From NCBI GenBank assembly GCA_963720545.1, contig OY970399.1, positions 3,347,022 to 3,411,021 of the forward strand: 64,000 nucleotides of DNA, in the 5' to 3' direction. The notes beneath the pieces were generated by a model that worked only from the letters and a program-made list of their open reading frames with translations, did not search any database and was not told the origin of the DNA. Below are positions 41,677 to 50,582 of the stretch, in pieces (the first letter of the stretch is position 1; each line of letters starts with the position of its first letter). The position numbers were made by a program, and so were the translations under genes. Origin of the DNA: an uncultured Acidobacteriota bacterium. GTDB lineage: Bacteria > Acidobacteriota > Vicinamibacteria > Fen-336.

Positions 41677-42336
41677 GTGCTACGCTCGGAGGAGGCTCCT
41701 GAAATGGCCGTCCTGCCGCCGATCATTCCCCTGTTCCCCCTGGGAGAGGTGGTCCTCTTCCCGAAGGTGGCGCTGCCACTGCACATCTTCGAGCCGCGTT
41801 ACCGGAAGATGACCGCCGACGCCCTCGCCGGCGAGCGCATCATCGGCATGACGCTGCTGCAGGCGGGCTTCGAGGCGAGCTACGTCGGCCGCCCGCCGGT
41901 TTTTCCGCTCGGCTGCGCCGGCCACATCGAAGAGACCGAGGCCCTGCCCGACGGCCGCTACAACATGCTGCTGCGCGGCGTGTCGCGCTTTCGCATCGTC
42001 GAGGAGCGCCACGGGCAGCCCTACCGGCTGGCGGCGATCGAAGAAGTGGAAGACGGCCGCTACGATGCCGCGCGCGTGGGTGCGATGCGCGACAAGATCC
42101 TGAACGCGGTGTCGGCGGCGTCGCCGCGGCCAACGCTGCTGGTGGTGCAGCCCGACGTGAGCGACGAGCTGTTCCTCAACACGCTGTGCCAGATGCTGCC
42201 GTTCGATGTGGTGGAAAAGCTCTCGCTCCTCGAATGCGACAGCCTCGGCCAGCGTTGCGACCGGCTCCTGGAACTCCTCGAGTACAAACGACTCACCGGC
42301 AACCTCGCCTCGGGCCGGGTCGAACGGCCTAACTAG
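41677..42336 (+). CDS. Lon N-terminal (substrate-binding) domain protein
   Basis: LON-N type N-terminus (IPLFPLGEVVLFPKVALPLHIFEPRY); no AAA+ or protease domain; start may be ATG 41704. Confidence 0.7.
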   Translation: MLRSEEAPEMAVLPPIIPLFPLGEVVLFPKVALPLHIFEPRYRKMTADALAGERIIGMTLLQAGFEASYVGRPPVFPLGCAGHIEETEALPDGRYNMLLRGVSRFRIVEERHGQPYRLAAIEEVEDGRYDAARVGAMRDKILNAVSAASPRPTLLVVQPDVSDELFLNTLCQMLPFDVVEKLSLLECDSLGQRCDRLLELLEYKRLTGNLASGRVERPN

Positions 42337-42378
42337 TCATCGGCGGATGGGCTTGCCGTTCACGACCCATCCGCCGAT
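42337..42378 (+). repeat. Repeat element copy 4, variant hairpin ATCGGCGGATGGG-N14-CCCATCCGCCGAT
   Basis: Starts 3 nt after the Lon-N gene stop; differs from the main type at paired positions on both arms. Confidence 0.8.
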
Positions 42379-42429
42379 TACGACTTTCGGCGCGGGTGCC
42401 TCGTCTAACGACAGGAGAGTGGAGGTCAA

Positions 42430-43503
42430 ATGAAGGGAGTCAACCGTTTCGGCCTGGTTCTGGGGGTTCTGGCGGCGAGCGCCCTGCTTGGCACCGCTGC
42501 AGCCCGCGTGCGGGCGGCAGACGAGCAGGAGAAGCCGAAGGCCAGCGTGAAGACATCGCGCGAAGAGACGATGAAGCGGTTCAAGGTCGGGCCGCAGGTG
42601 CGCCGCATCGAGCGCAGCTTCGAGTGGACGGACGGCGCCTTCCTCGGCGTCGGCGTCGCCGACGTCACCAAAGCCGACCTCGCAGCGCTGAAGCTGAGCG
42701 AAGAGCGCGGCGCTGTAGTGCGCAGCGTCAACGCCAATTCCGCCGCAGCCAAGGCGGGGCTGAAGGAGGGCGACGTCATCCTGCGCTATCAGGGCGAGAC
42801 GGTCTGGAGCGCTTCGCAGTTCCGCCGCCTCATCCGCGAGACGCCGGCTGGCCGCACCATCTCGCTCGACGTGACGAACGGCGGCGCGGCGCGCACCGTT
42901 GCGGCGACGCTCGGCGAGCGCTCGCCGGACACGGCCGGGTTCGGGCCGCTCGAAGACTTCGACATCGACCTGCCTGGAATGATCGCGGGCGAGATGCCCG
43001 AGCCGCCGGAACCGCCCGAAGCTCTCGAACCACCGGATGCACCGGATGCACCGGATGCACCTGATGCTCCGCGTGCCCCGCGTGCCCCGCGTGCCCCGCG
43101 GCCGCCACGGATCATGGCGGACCGGATGTTCCACTTCAAGATGCCGGACGGCGGCAACATGATGTGGCGCGGTGGAATGTTCGCAGGCGAACCGCGCAAG
43201 CTCGGCCTCGAGTACCAGTCGGTCAGCGGCCAGCTCGCGAAGTACTTCAAGTTGGCGGGCGATGGCATCCTGGTGACGAACGTCGCAGCCGACGGTCCGG
43301 CGGCGGCGGGAGGCGTGAAAGCCGGCGACGTCATCATGAAGGTGAACGGCAAGGCCGTCACGGACGGCGGCGACCTGCGCGAGGCCATGGAGTCGGTCGA
43401 GCCCGGCCAGGAAGTGAGCCTCACCCTGCAGCGCGACGGCAGCCCGGTCGAGGTGAAGCTGAAGGCCGGTGGCGCCGCGGGGCGCGGCGCAATCACCACC
43501 TAG
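42430..43503 (+). CDS. Secreted protein with two PDZ domains and a Pro-rich repeat linker
   Basis: Signal peptide; PDZ-like segments (GAVVRSVNANSAAAKAGLKEGDVIL and GILVTNVAADGPAAAGGVKAGDVIM); linker PEPPEPPEALEPPDAPDAPDAPDAPRAPRAPRAP. Confidence 0.7.
   Translation: MKGVNRFGLVLGVLAASALLGTAAARVRAADEQEKPKASVKTSREETMKRFKVGPQVRRIERSFEWTDGAFLGVGVADVTKADLAALKLSEERGAVVRSVNANSAAAKAGLKEGDVILRYQGETVWSASQFRRLIRETPAGRTISLDVTNGGAARTVAATLGERSPDTAGFGPLEDFDIDLPGMIAGEMPEPPEPPEALEPPDAPDAPDAPDAPRAPRAPRAPRPPRIMADRMFHFKMPDGGNMMWRGGMFAGEPRKLGLEYQSVSGQLAKYFKLAGDGILVTNVAADGPAAAGGVKAGDVIMKVNGKAVTDGGDLREAMESVEPGQEVSLTLQRDGSPVEVKLKAGGAAGRGAITT
43032..43100 (+). repeat. Tandem 9-bp repeats (ACCGGATGC x3-4, CCCGCGTGC x3) inside the PDZ protein gene
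   Basis: Direct tandem repeats seen in sequence, encoding (PDA)n and (PRA)n. Confidence 0.8.
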
Positions 43504-43512
43504 GCAGACCGC

Positions 43513-44247
43513 CTAGAGGACGTCAGTACCGTCTTCCATCTCCAGCACCAGCAGGGTGCCGGCCACCGAGAGGGCCGGCGCCAGCAGGAAGGCGCCAAGC
43601 GGCACCAGGAAGATGAGGATGCCCGCGAGGCCGAAGCCGAGCGTCTCGGGGCGCAGGCGTTTGTGCCAGGCGCGGCGCGCGGCGAAGTCGAGGCCGCGGC
43701 GCGTCAGCGGCGCGTCGGTCTGTTGCAGCGCCAGCGCCTGCGAGGCCCAGAGCGCTGCCAGGAACGGTCCCACAACCGGTATCAGCGGGATGGGCAGCGT
43801 GACAAGCGCGGCTGCCAGGAAGAACAAGGCTCCCTTCACGGCCTGCATCGCCTCCCAGCCCGCTCCGTGGCTGCGGTCGATGACGTGGCCGCGCACCAGC
43901 TGCTCCACCCGGCGCGACAAGCGCTCCAGGACCGGCGCCGCCAGCAGCAGGGCCGACGCCAGCCCCACCACCATGCCGGCCGCGACCAGGCCGATCCAGA
44001 GGAGAGCGGTGAGCGGCAGGTGCAGCAGGCCCGGCAGCGATCGTGAAATGAGCAGCGGCTCGAGCCGCGGGGCGATGAACAGGCCGAGGATGCCGCCAAG
44101 GCCCCAGAAGAGCACGGCCAGTACCGCGGGCAGCGCCGCCAGCGGCCACGTGCCCGGGTGACGCACGAGGAACGCGATCCCGGCGAGCACCTGCCACGCG
44201 CCGGCGGCGATGCGCCTGGGCCAGCCGGGCAGGGAGGGCATGGCCAT
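43513..44247 (-). CDS. Multi-pass membrane protein (EI24/CysZ-like, tentative)
   Basis: 244 aa from ATG 44247; ~6 hydrophobic helices; family assignment from overall topology only. Confidence 0.5.
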   Translation of the reverse strand: MAMPSLPGWPRRIAAGAWQVLAGIAFLVRHPGTWPLAALPAVLAVLFWGLGGILGLFIAPRLEPLLISRSLPGLLHLPLTALLWIGLVAAGMVVGLASALLLAAPVLERLSRRVEQLVRGHVIDRSHGAGWEAMQAVKGALFFLAAALVTLPIPLIPVVGPFLAALWASQALALQQTDAPLTRRGLDFAARRAWHKRLRPETLGFGLAGILIFLVPLGAFLLAPALSVAGTLLVLEMEDGTDVL

Positions 44248-44271
44248 GAGGCTAAGGCCCCGTCTTCCCGT

Positions 44272-45129
44272 GTCAAAATCCGGCGCGGAGGCGATCCCTT
44301 GAATATCGGTTGGCTGCACCCGGTCGTCGTGCATTTCGCAATCGTCCTGGTCCTCGTCGGCGTGCTGTTCCGCCTGCTGTCGCTCGCGAGCAGCAGCCGC
44401 CTGTCTTTCGCGAGCCCGGCCGCAACCACGCTGATCCTCGCGGGCGCCGTCGCCGTGTTCTTCGCGTCGCAGTCCGGCCGCGATGCCCATGGGCCGGTGG
44501 AACGCGTGCCCGACTCGCGCGAAGTGGTGGAGCTGCACGAGGCCGCGGCCAAGTGGAGCACCAACTTCACCTACGCCCTGGCGCTCATCGAGGTGGGGCT
44601 GCTGTTCCTGCGCAACTCGCGCTACCGCCGCCATGCGCTGATCGCGGCGTCGGTGGTCGGCCTGTTCGCCGGATCGACGATGATCCTGACCGCGTGGCGC
44701 GGCGGGAACCTCGTCTACGCGCACGCGGGCGGCGTCGGCATCCGTTCCGGGGAATCGGCGGACGTGGGCAACCTGCTGCTCGCCGGCCTCTACCATCAGG
44801 CGCTGCAGGACCGCGAAGCGGGCCGGCGGCAGGAGGCGGCGGCGCTCGCCGACCTCGCGCTGCGCCGCTTCCCGTCGAGCATCGCGGTGCGCATGTTCCA
44901 CGCCGAATCGATCCTGCTCGACCGCCAGGACCCGTCGGCAACGCTCGCGGCCCTGGGCACGATCACGGTGCCGCCGGGCGAGGGCCGCGAGGTCGCTTAC
45001 GGGCTGCTGAAGGTCGATGCGCTGCAGGCTGCGGGCCGGCCCGGGGAAGCGCAGGCCGAACTGGACAGGCTCGCGAAGGAGTTCCCGACGAGCGGTCGGA
45101 TCAAGGCCCGCCTCGGCAGGGGCCGTTAG
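44272..45129 (+). CDS. Membrane protein (DUF2231-like N-terminal 4-TM domain) with C-terminal TPR-like region
   Basis: HPVVVHFAIVL motif at the first TM; TPR-like helical C-terminus; start uncertain (GTG 44272 or TTG 44299). Confidence 0.45.
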   Translation, partial: VKIRRGGDPLNIGWLHPVVVHFAIVLVLVGVLFRLLSLASSSRLSFASPAATTLILAGAVAVFFASQSGRDAHGPVERVPDSREVVELHEAAAKWSTNFTYALALIEVGLLFLRNSRYRRHALIAASVVGLFAGSTMILTAWRGGNLVYAHAGGVGIRSGESADVGNLLLAGLYHQALQDREAGRRQEAAALADLALRRFPSSIAVRMFHAESILLDRQDPSATLAALGTITVPPGEGREVAYGLLKVDALQAAGRPGEAQAELDRLAKEFPTSGRIKARLGRGR

Positions 45130-45440
45130 CCGCGAATCTTCTCGATCCTGCTGTCGCGGTCGCTCGCGAAGCGTTCCTTGTCGCGGCGATACTCGTCGTT
45201 CAGCGTCTCCAGCTCCTCAGGCGTGCGCGCCCGCACCTGTGCGTCGCGGAACAGGATCTCGCGTTCGGCCATGCGCGCCTCGTAAATGCTGCGCGCTTCC
45301 GCGATGTCGTGGCGCTGCGCGTCGCTCAGCGCCTTGCTGACCACACCAGCGTCGGCATCCTGCTTCTTCAGGCGGGCCATCGCGAGCTCGAGTGCGCTCT
45401 TGGGCGCGTCGTCTTCCGGTTCGGCTTCGTCCTTGCTCAT
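45126..45440 (-). CDS. Hypothetical small acidic coiled-coil protein
   Basis: 104-aa ORF, charged/helical; no recognised family. Confidence 0.4.
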   Translation of the reverse strand: MSKDEAEPEDDAPKSALELAMARLKKQDADAGVVSKALSDAQRHDIAEARSIYEARMAEREILFRDAQVRARTPEELETLNDEYRRDKERFASDRDSRIEKIRG

Positions 45441-45457
45441 GCCGGCAGTGTAGCCCC

Positions 45458-46186
45458 CTACAGGCGGCTGGCGAAGAACCGGCGCAGCGGTTCGATGAGC
45501 GCCTCGGGGTCGTCGGCCAGGATGTTCTCGGCGTGCAGCCCGCCCGGGATCACGACCAGCTCCTTCGGTTCGGTGGCGAGCGCGTAGAGGTCGTGCGCGT
45601 GTTTCACCGGGATCAGCCAGTCGTCGCTGCCGTGGACGATCAGCAGTGGGGCGACGATCTGCGCGATCAGCCGGCGCGGCGAGGTGCCGCGCAGCGGCGG
45701 GCGCAGCGACACGCGCGCCGGGCGGCGCTCGCGGCGCAGCATGATGGGCACGCTGCGCGTCAGGCCGCGGATGAAGGGGTTGTGGTCGAGCAGGAACAGG
45801 CTCTTCGGCGCGGCCACCAGCGCCACCGCGTCGAAGTTGGCGCCCTGCGCCGCGGCCGCGACGGTGTGATAGCCGCCGTAGGAGAAGCCGAGCGCGCCGA
45901 CGCGCGCGTAGCGCTCGTGCGCCCAGGCGGCGACCCTTTGCAGGTCGTGCGGCTCCTTGCGGCCCCAGCTGAAACGGCCCGCCGACTCGCCGTGGCCGCG
46001 CACGTCCATGGTGATGACGTCGGCGAGGTCGGCAAGCGCGCGCGCGAGGCGCAGGTGCTCGGGGCTCTCGCGGTGCATGAAGATGCCCGGTACCACCACG
46101 ATGGCGGCTTCCCGGCCGCTGCCGCGGACCGTGAGACGCAGGCTGGTGCCGTCGTCGGCTGCGAGCGTTTCAGACCGCGAGTTCAC
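45458..46186 (-). CDS. Alpha/beta hydrolase fold protein
   Basis: Nucleophile elbow GFSYGG; His/Asp region (HGSDDWLIP); 242 aa. Confidence 0.75.
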   Translation of the reverse strand: MNSRSETLAADDGTSLRLTVRGSGREAAIVVVPGIFMHRESPEHLRLARALADLADVITMDVRGHGESAGRFSWGRKEPHDLQRVAAWAHERYARVGALGFSYGGYHTVAAAAQGANFDAVALVAAPKSLFLLDHNPFIRGLTRSVPIMLRRERRPARVSLRPPLRGTSPRRLIAQIVAPLLIVHGSDDWLIPVKHAHDLYALATEPKELVVIPGGLHAENILADDPEALIEPLRRFFASRL

Positions 46187-47603
46187 CGCTCACCTCCGCG
46201 GCGAGCGGCGGCCGCGCGAAATAGTGCGCGATGGAATTGGCGTAGTAGCGCAGCAGCGGATCCTGGCTGCGATCGATGCGGTAGCGAACGACGCCGCCCT
46301 GCGCCGGAACCGGCTCGGCGATGTGGCGCAGGGTCAGCATCACCAGCGCCCGGTCGAGGAGTTCCGCGGCGGTGCGTTCGTCCGCGACGATCGGCGCGCC
46401 GCGTGAGCGCAGTTCGCCGCGCACCGCGTCGATGCGCGTCTCCCATTCCGCACGCTCGATCTCGGCGGCGGTGCCCGCGCGCAACAGGGTCTCGGCCACC
46501 AGGCACACCGGCGTCACCGGCATCACCTCGCCGATCTGCGCCATCACGTGCGCGGCCAGCTCGCCGACCGGGCCCAGGCGCTCATGGCGCGGCAGTTCGA
46601 GGATGCCGGGACGATCGCGCAGCCAGGCATCCACGTCGATCGGCGCGCCGAAGTTGACGCAGGCGCGCCCATAGCGGCGCCCGCGACGCGTCATGAAGCG
46701 CAGCGACACGCGCACCACGTACGCCACCACTTCGGCGAACTGCTCGAGGCGCGACAGCCGCGTGCGCGTCACGTCCAGCTCGCGAAGCAGCGAGCGGTCC
46801 TCGAGCACGCGGTCATAGTTGATCGCGACCGGGATGATGACGAGCGGCCGGATGACGCGCGGGTCGCGCTTCACGCCGAGCAGGTAATCGAGCAGGCCGA
46901 GCTTTGGCTGGCGGAAACGGCCGTCGCGGGTGAGGCCGCCCTCGAGGAAGATTCCCTGGGTCACGCCGTGGCGGGTGATGAGCTGGACGTAGCGCTCGAG
47001 CACCTTGTGATAGAGCGGCTCGCGGTACTTGCGGCGTACGAAGTACGCGCCGAAGCTCTTGAACACCGCCTCCAAGGGCCAGACGCGCGCCCATTCGCCG
47101 ACTGCGTAGCTGATGGCGACGCGGCCGGAGAGCACGTAGGTCACGACCACGTAGTCGGCGTTGGAGCGGTGGTTCATCAGGTACAGCACGATGCTGTCCC
47201 GCGGGATCGCGTCGAGCGCCGCGCGCGCCTCGTAGCCGACGCTCACCTTGTAGAAGAGCGGCACCAGGAAGCGCGCGACACCGTAGGCGAGGCGATAGTA
47301 GGAAATGAGGTTGAACCTGGGGACGATCTCCTCGGCATAACCGCGCGCGCGGCGCTCGGCGTCCTCGACCGAGCCGCCGGCGCTGTGCGCGTGTTCCGCG
47401 ATGGCGGCGCGCACCTCGGGATCCTCGAGCAGCGCGTCGCGCACCTCCTGCGGGGTCTCGCGCTTGAACGGCGCGATCCGCGAACGGTAGCGGCGGCGCA
47501 GGCCGCGGGCCTCCGACAAGGCGTAGCGCCGCAGCCAGGCGCGGCCCGCGAACCCCGCGCCCACCAGCAACAATGCGGCCGCGACCGCGCTCCGTGGGTC
47601 CAC
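46170..47603 (-). CDS. Glycerol-3-phosphate acyltransferase-like (PlsB/GPAT family) acyltransferase, membrane anchored
   Basis: HX4D motif NHRSNADYVV, FLEGGLTRDG and PVAINYD blocks; N-terminal TM; GTG start at 47603 inferred; the upstream part of track ORF 46170..48074 is antisense to xdh and rejected. Confidence 0.65.
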   Translation of the reverse strand: MDPRSAVAAALLLVGAGFAGRAWLRRYALSEARGLRRRYRSRIAPFKRETPQEVRDALLEDPEVRAAIAEHAHSAGGSVEDAERRARGYAEEIVPRFNLISYYRLAYGVARFLVPLFYKVSVGYEARAALDAIPRDSIVLYLMNHRSNADYVVVTYVLSGRVAISYAVGEWARVWPLEAVFKSFGAYFVRRKYREPLYHKVLERYVQLITRHGVTQGIFLEGGLTRDGRFRQPKLGLLDYLLGVKRDPRVIRPLVIIPVAINYDRVLEDRSLLRELDVTRTRLSRLEQFAEVVAYVVRVSLRFMTRRGRRYGRACVNFGAPIDVDAWLRDRPGILELPRHERLGPVGELAAHVMAQIGEVMPVTPVCLVAETLLRAGTAAEIERAEWETRIDAVRGELRSRGAPIVADERTAAELLDRALVMLTLRHIAEPVPAQGGVVRYRIDRSQDPLLRYYANSIAHYFARPPLAAEVSGELAV

Positions 47604-47627
47604 CGCGGGAATATAATCCTTCGCGGG

Positions 47628-49868
47628 ATGCGGGCGATCGGCAAGAGCGTGTTGCGCACGGAGGGCCCGGACAAGCTGTGCGGCGCCACGCGCTACACCG
47701 ACGACATCGAACCCGAGGGTTGCCTGCACGGCGTCACGCTGCGCGCGACCATCCCCTACGGGCGGATCCTGGCGATCGAGAAGGACCCGGCCTTCCCCTG
47801 GCGCGAGTTCGTGGTGGCGACCGCGAAGGACCTGCCGGGGCCCAACCGCGTGCAGCTCATCGAGGACGACCAGCCGCTCCTCTGCGAGGAGTGGGTGCGC
47901 CATCCGTACGAACCGATCCTGCTGGTGGCGCACGCCAACCGCTCGCGGGCGTACGAAGCCCTCCGGCACATCCGTGTCACCTACGAGCCGCACGAGCCGG
48001 TGCTCTCGATCGACGACGCGCTGGCGGTGAAGCAGAAGCTGCGCGGCGAGGACAACGTCTTCAAGTCGTTCCACATCGTGCAGGGCGACATCGACGCGGG
48101 CTTCGCGGCGGCCGACCTCGTAGTTTCAGGCGAGTACACGGTGCCGCACCAGGAACAGGCCTACATCGAGAACAACGTGATGACCGCGTGGTTCGAGGCG
48201 GACGGCACGCTGGTGGCGCACGGCTCGATGCAGTGCCCGTACTACGTGCACAAGGCGCTGCGCGGGTTGTTCAAGCTGAAGGGCGAGAAGGTGCGGGTCA
48301 TCCAGGCGCCGACCGGCGGCGGCTTCGGCGGCAAGGAGGAGTACCCGAACATGATCGCTGGTCACGCGGCGCTGCTGGCGCGCAAGGCGAAGCGGCCGGT
48401 GAAGATCGCCTACGACCGCCACGAAGACATGGCGGCCACCACCAAGCGCCATCCGGCGCGCATCCGCCACCGCACCGGCGTGAAGCGCGACGGCACACTG
48501 GTGGCGCAGGACATCGAGGTGGTCATGGACGGCGGCGCCTACATCACGCTGTCGCCCGTGGTGTTGTCGCGCGGCACGCTGCACGCGACCGGGCCGTATG
48601 CCTGCCCCAACGTGCGCATCCGCTCGAGTGTGGTCGCGACCAACACCGTGCCGAACGGCGCCTTCCGTGGTTTCGGGGCGCCGCAGACGCTGTTCGCCGC
48701 CGAGCTGCACATGGCGCGCATCGCCGCCGAGCTGCGCCTCGACCCCGTGGCGCTGCGCGAGAAGAACGCGGTGCGCCGCGGCTCGGTGATGGCGACCGGC
48801 CAGGTGCTGCGCGAGAGCGTCGGCGCGCGCCAGGCGCTGCAGCGCGTGGTCGCCGACTCCGGCTATCGCCGCAAACGGGTCGAGCACGCCAGGTGGAACG
48901 CGCAGCCGGGCACTGCGCACTGGAAGGGCGTGGGCCTGGCGCTCGTCCACCACGGCTCGGGCTTCACCGGCAGCGGCGAGGAGCACCTCGCGAGCCGCGC
49001 CGCGGTGACGCTGACCCGCACCGGCCGCATTCGCGTGCTCGCCGGCTCCACAGAATTCGGCCAGGGGACCAACACGATGTTCAGCCAGATCGTCGCCGAG
49101 ACGCTCGGCGTCGCGACAGCTCTCGTCGACGTCGCGACTCCCGACACCCGCTTCGTCCCCGACAGCGGGCCGACGGTGGCGAGCCGCACCTGCATGGTCG
49201 TCGGCCGCCTGGTGCGCGACGCGTGCCGCGACCTGCACGCGGCGGTCAGCGGCCGCAAGCCGTTTCCGCGCTCGGCGCGCGACCTGCGCGCGGCCGCGAA
49301 GCGCGTCTGCGGCACGCGCGACGAGGTGCGCTTCGAGCGCCAATACGAGAAGCCGGCCGCCATCACCTGGGACGACACCACCTACCGCGGCGATGCCTAC
49401 GAAGCGTACGGCTACGCCGCGGCGGTGGTGGACCTCGAGGTGGACAAGCTGACGTTCGAGGTGACGCTGCGCCGCGTCACGCTCGCCGCCGACATCGGCC
49501 GGGTGGTGAACCCGGTGCTCGCCGCGGGCCAGGTGATCGGCGGCGCGGCGCAGGGCCTCGGCTATGCGCTCCTCGAGAACCCAGTGTACAAGGACGGGGC
49601 GATGCAGAACGCGCAGCTCACGAACTACATCATCCCGACCGCGAAGGACCTGCCGCAGATCGACGTCGCTTTCACGCCCGCGCTCTACTCGCTCGGGCCG
49701 TATGGCGCCAAGGGTGTGGGCGAGTTGCCGATGGACATTCCCGGGCCGGCGGTGGCCGACGCGGTGCACGACGCCACCGGCCTCTGGATCACCTCGCTGC
49801 CGGTGCTGCCGGAGAAGATCGCTGCGGCGCATGGCGCCCGCCGGCGCGGCACCGCGGTGCCGGCGTGA
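47628..49868 (+). CDS. Xanthine dehydrogenase family, molybdopterin-binding large subunit
   Basis: 746 aa from ATG 47628; XDH/aldehyde oxidase large-subunit blocks (GGGFGGKE, FRGFGAPQ, GQGTNTMFSQIVAE). Confidence 0.85.
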   Translation: MRAIGKSVLRTEGPDKLCGATRYTDDIEPEGCLHGVTLRATIPYGRILAIEKDPAFPWREFVVATAKDLPGPNRVQLIEDDQPLLCEEWVRHPYEPILLVAHANRSRAYEALRHIRVTYEPHEPVLSIDDALAVKQKLRGEDNVFKSFHIVQGDIDAGFAAADLVVSGEYTVPHQEQAYIENNVMTAWFEADGTLVAHGSMQCPYYVHKALRGLFKLKGEKVRVIQAPTGGGFGGKEEYPNMIAGHAALLARKAKRPVKIAYDRHEDMAATTKRHPARIRHRTGVKRDGTLVAQDIEVVMDGGAYITLSPVVLSRGTLHATGPYACPNVRIRSSVVATNTVPNGAFRGFGAPQTLFAAELHMARIAAELRLDPVALREKNAVRRGSVMATGQVLRESVGARQALQRVVADSGYRRKRVEHARWNAQPGTAHWKGVGLALVHHGSGFTGSGEEHLASRAAVTLTRTGRIRVLAGSTEFGQGTNTMFSQIVAETLGVATALVDVATPDTRFVPDSGPTVASRTCMVVGRLVRDACRDLHAAVSGRKPFPRSARDLRAAAKRVCGTRDEVRFERQYEKPAAITWDDTTYRGDAYEAYGYAAAVVDLEVDKLTFEVTLRRVTLAADIGRVVNPVLAAGQVIGGAAQGLGYALLENPVYKDGAMQNAQLTNYIIPTAKDLPQIDVAFTPALYSLGPYGAKGVGELPMDIPGPAVADAVHDATGLWITSLPVLPEKIAAAHGARRRGTAVPA

Positions 49869-50581
49869 TCAACCTCTCGGTCAATGGCCGCCGTCGCGCC
49901 TTCTCGGGGCCGCCGTGGAAGCGCCTCCTCGACGTGCTGCGCGAAGACTTCGCGCTGACGGGCACCAAGGAGGGCTGCGGCGAAGGCGAGTGCGGTGCCT
50001 GCACCGTGCTCATAGACGGCGCCCCGGTGAACAGCTGCCTGATCCCCGCCTGCCAGGTCGCCGGCCAGCGCGTCGAGACGATCGAAAGCCTTGGCCGCCC
50101 CGCGGCGCTGAGCGTCTTGCAAGAACGCTTCCTCGCGATGGGCGGCGCGCAGTGCGGCATCTGCACCCCGGGCATGCTGATGGCCGCCTGGGCCCACGTC
50201 AAAGCCGGCGGCTCCGCTTCCCCCGACGCTGTTCGCGAGCAACTGGCCGGCAACCTCTGCCGCTGCACCGGCTATCAGGCGATTGTGGATGCTGTTATTG
50301 AGACGATTCGTCTTGAGACGATTCGAAAATCGCTAAAGCGAATCGTCTCAATTCCGGGCCAGAGGTCCGTTGCCGCTCCCAGGAAGAAGTCCGTCCGTCC
50401 TCCCAGGAAGAAATCCGTTCGTTCTCCCAAGAAGAGAGCGGCGCCGCTTTCCAGGAAAAGGACCGTCGCGTCCGCCACAAAGAAATCAGCAGCGCCTGAC
50501 AAACGGAAATCTCGTCCTCGGAGGAAGTCCGTTGTCAGGTCAGCTATGTCTCCGAAGACGAGAAGCGTGAAGACGAGATAA
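49865..50581 (+). CDS. Xanthine dehydrogenase family [2Fe-2S] small subunit with Lys/Arg/Ser-rich C-terminal repeat tail
   Basis: GTG start overlapping the large-subunit stop; two 2Fe-2S motifs (CGEGECGACTV and CGICTPG...CRCTGY); ~75 extra C-terminal residues PRKKSVRPPRKKSVRSPKKRAAP.... Confidence 0.8.
   Translation: MINLSVNGRRRAFSGPPWKRLLDVLREDFALTGTKEGCGEGECGACTVLIDGAPVNSCLIPACQVAGQRVETIESLGRPAALSVLQERFLAMGGAQCGICTPGMLMAAWAHVKAGGSASPDAVREQLAGNLCRCTGYQAIVDAVIETIRLETIRKSLKRIVSIPGQRSVAAPRKKSVRPPRKKSVRSPKKRAAPLSRKRTVASATKKSAAPDKRKSRPRRKSVVRSAMSPKTRSVKTR
50298..50475 (+). repeat. Lower-GC repeat block inside the small-subunit 3' region: TTGAGACGATTCG direct and inverted copies (50298-50351) and ~24-bp tandem repeats (50377-50475)
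   Basis: Perfect 13-bp inverted repeat 50313-50325 / 50339-50351, an extra direct copy at 50298-50310, then degenerate CTCCCAGGAAGAAGTCCGTCCGTC-type tandem units. Confidence 0.8.
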
Positions 50582-50582
50582 C

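Noticed and set aside
46548-47627. Upstream extension of track ORF 46548..49868
   Set aside because: Overlaps the opposite-strand acyltransferase gene and has no XDH-like sequence before ATG 47628.
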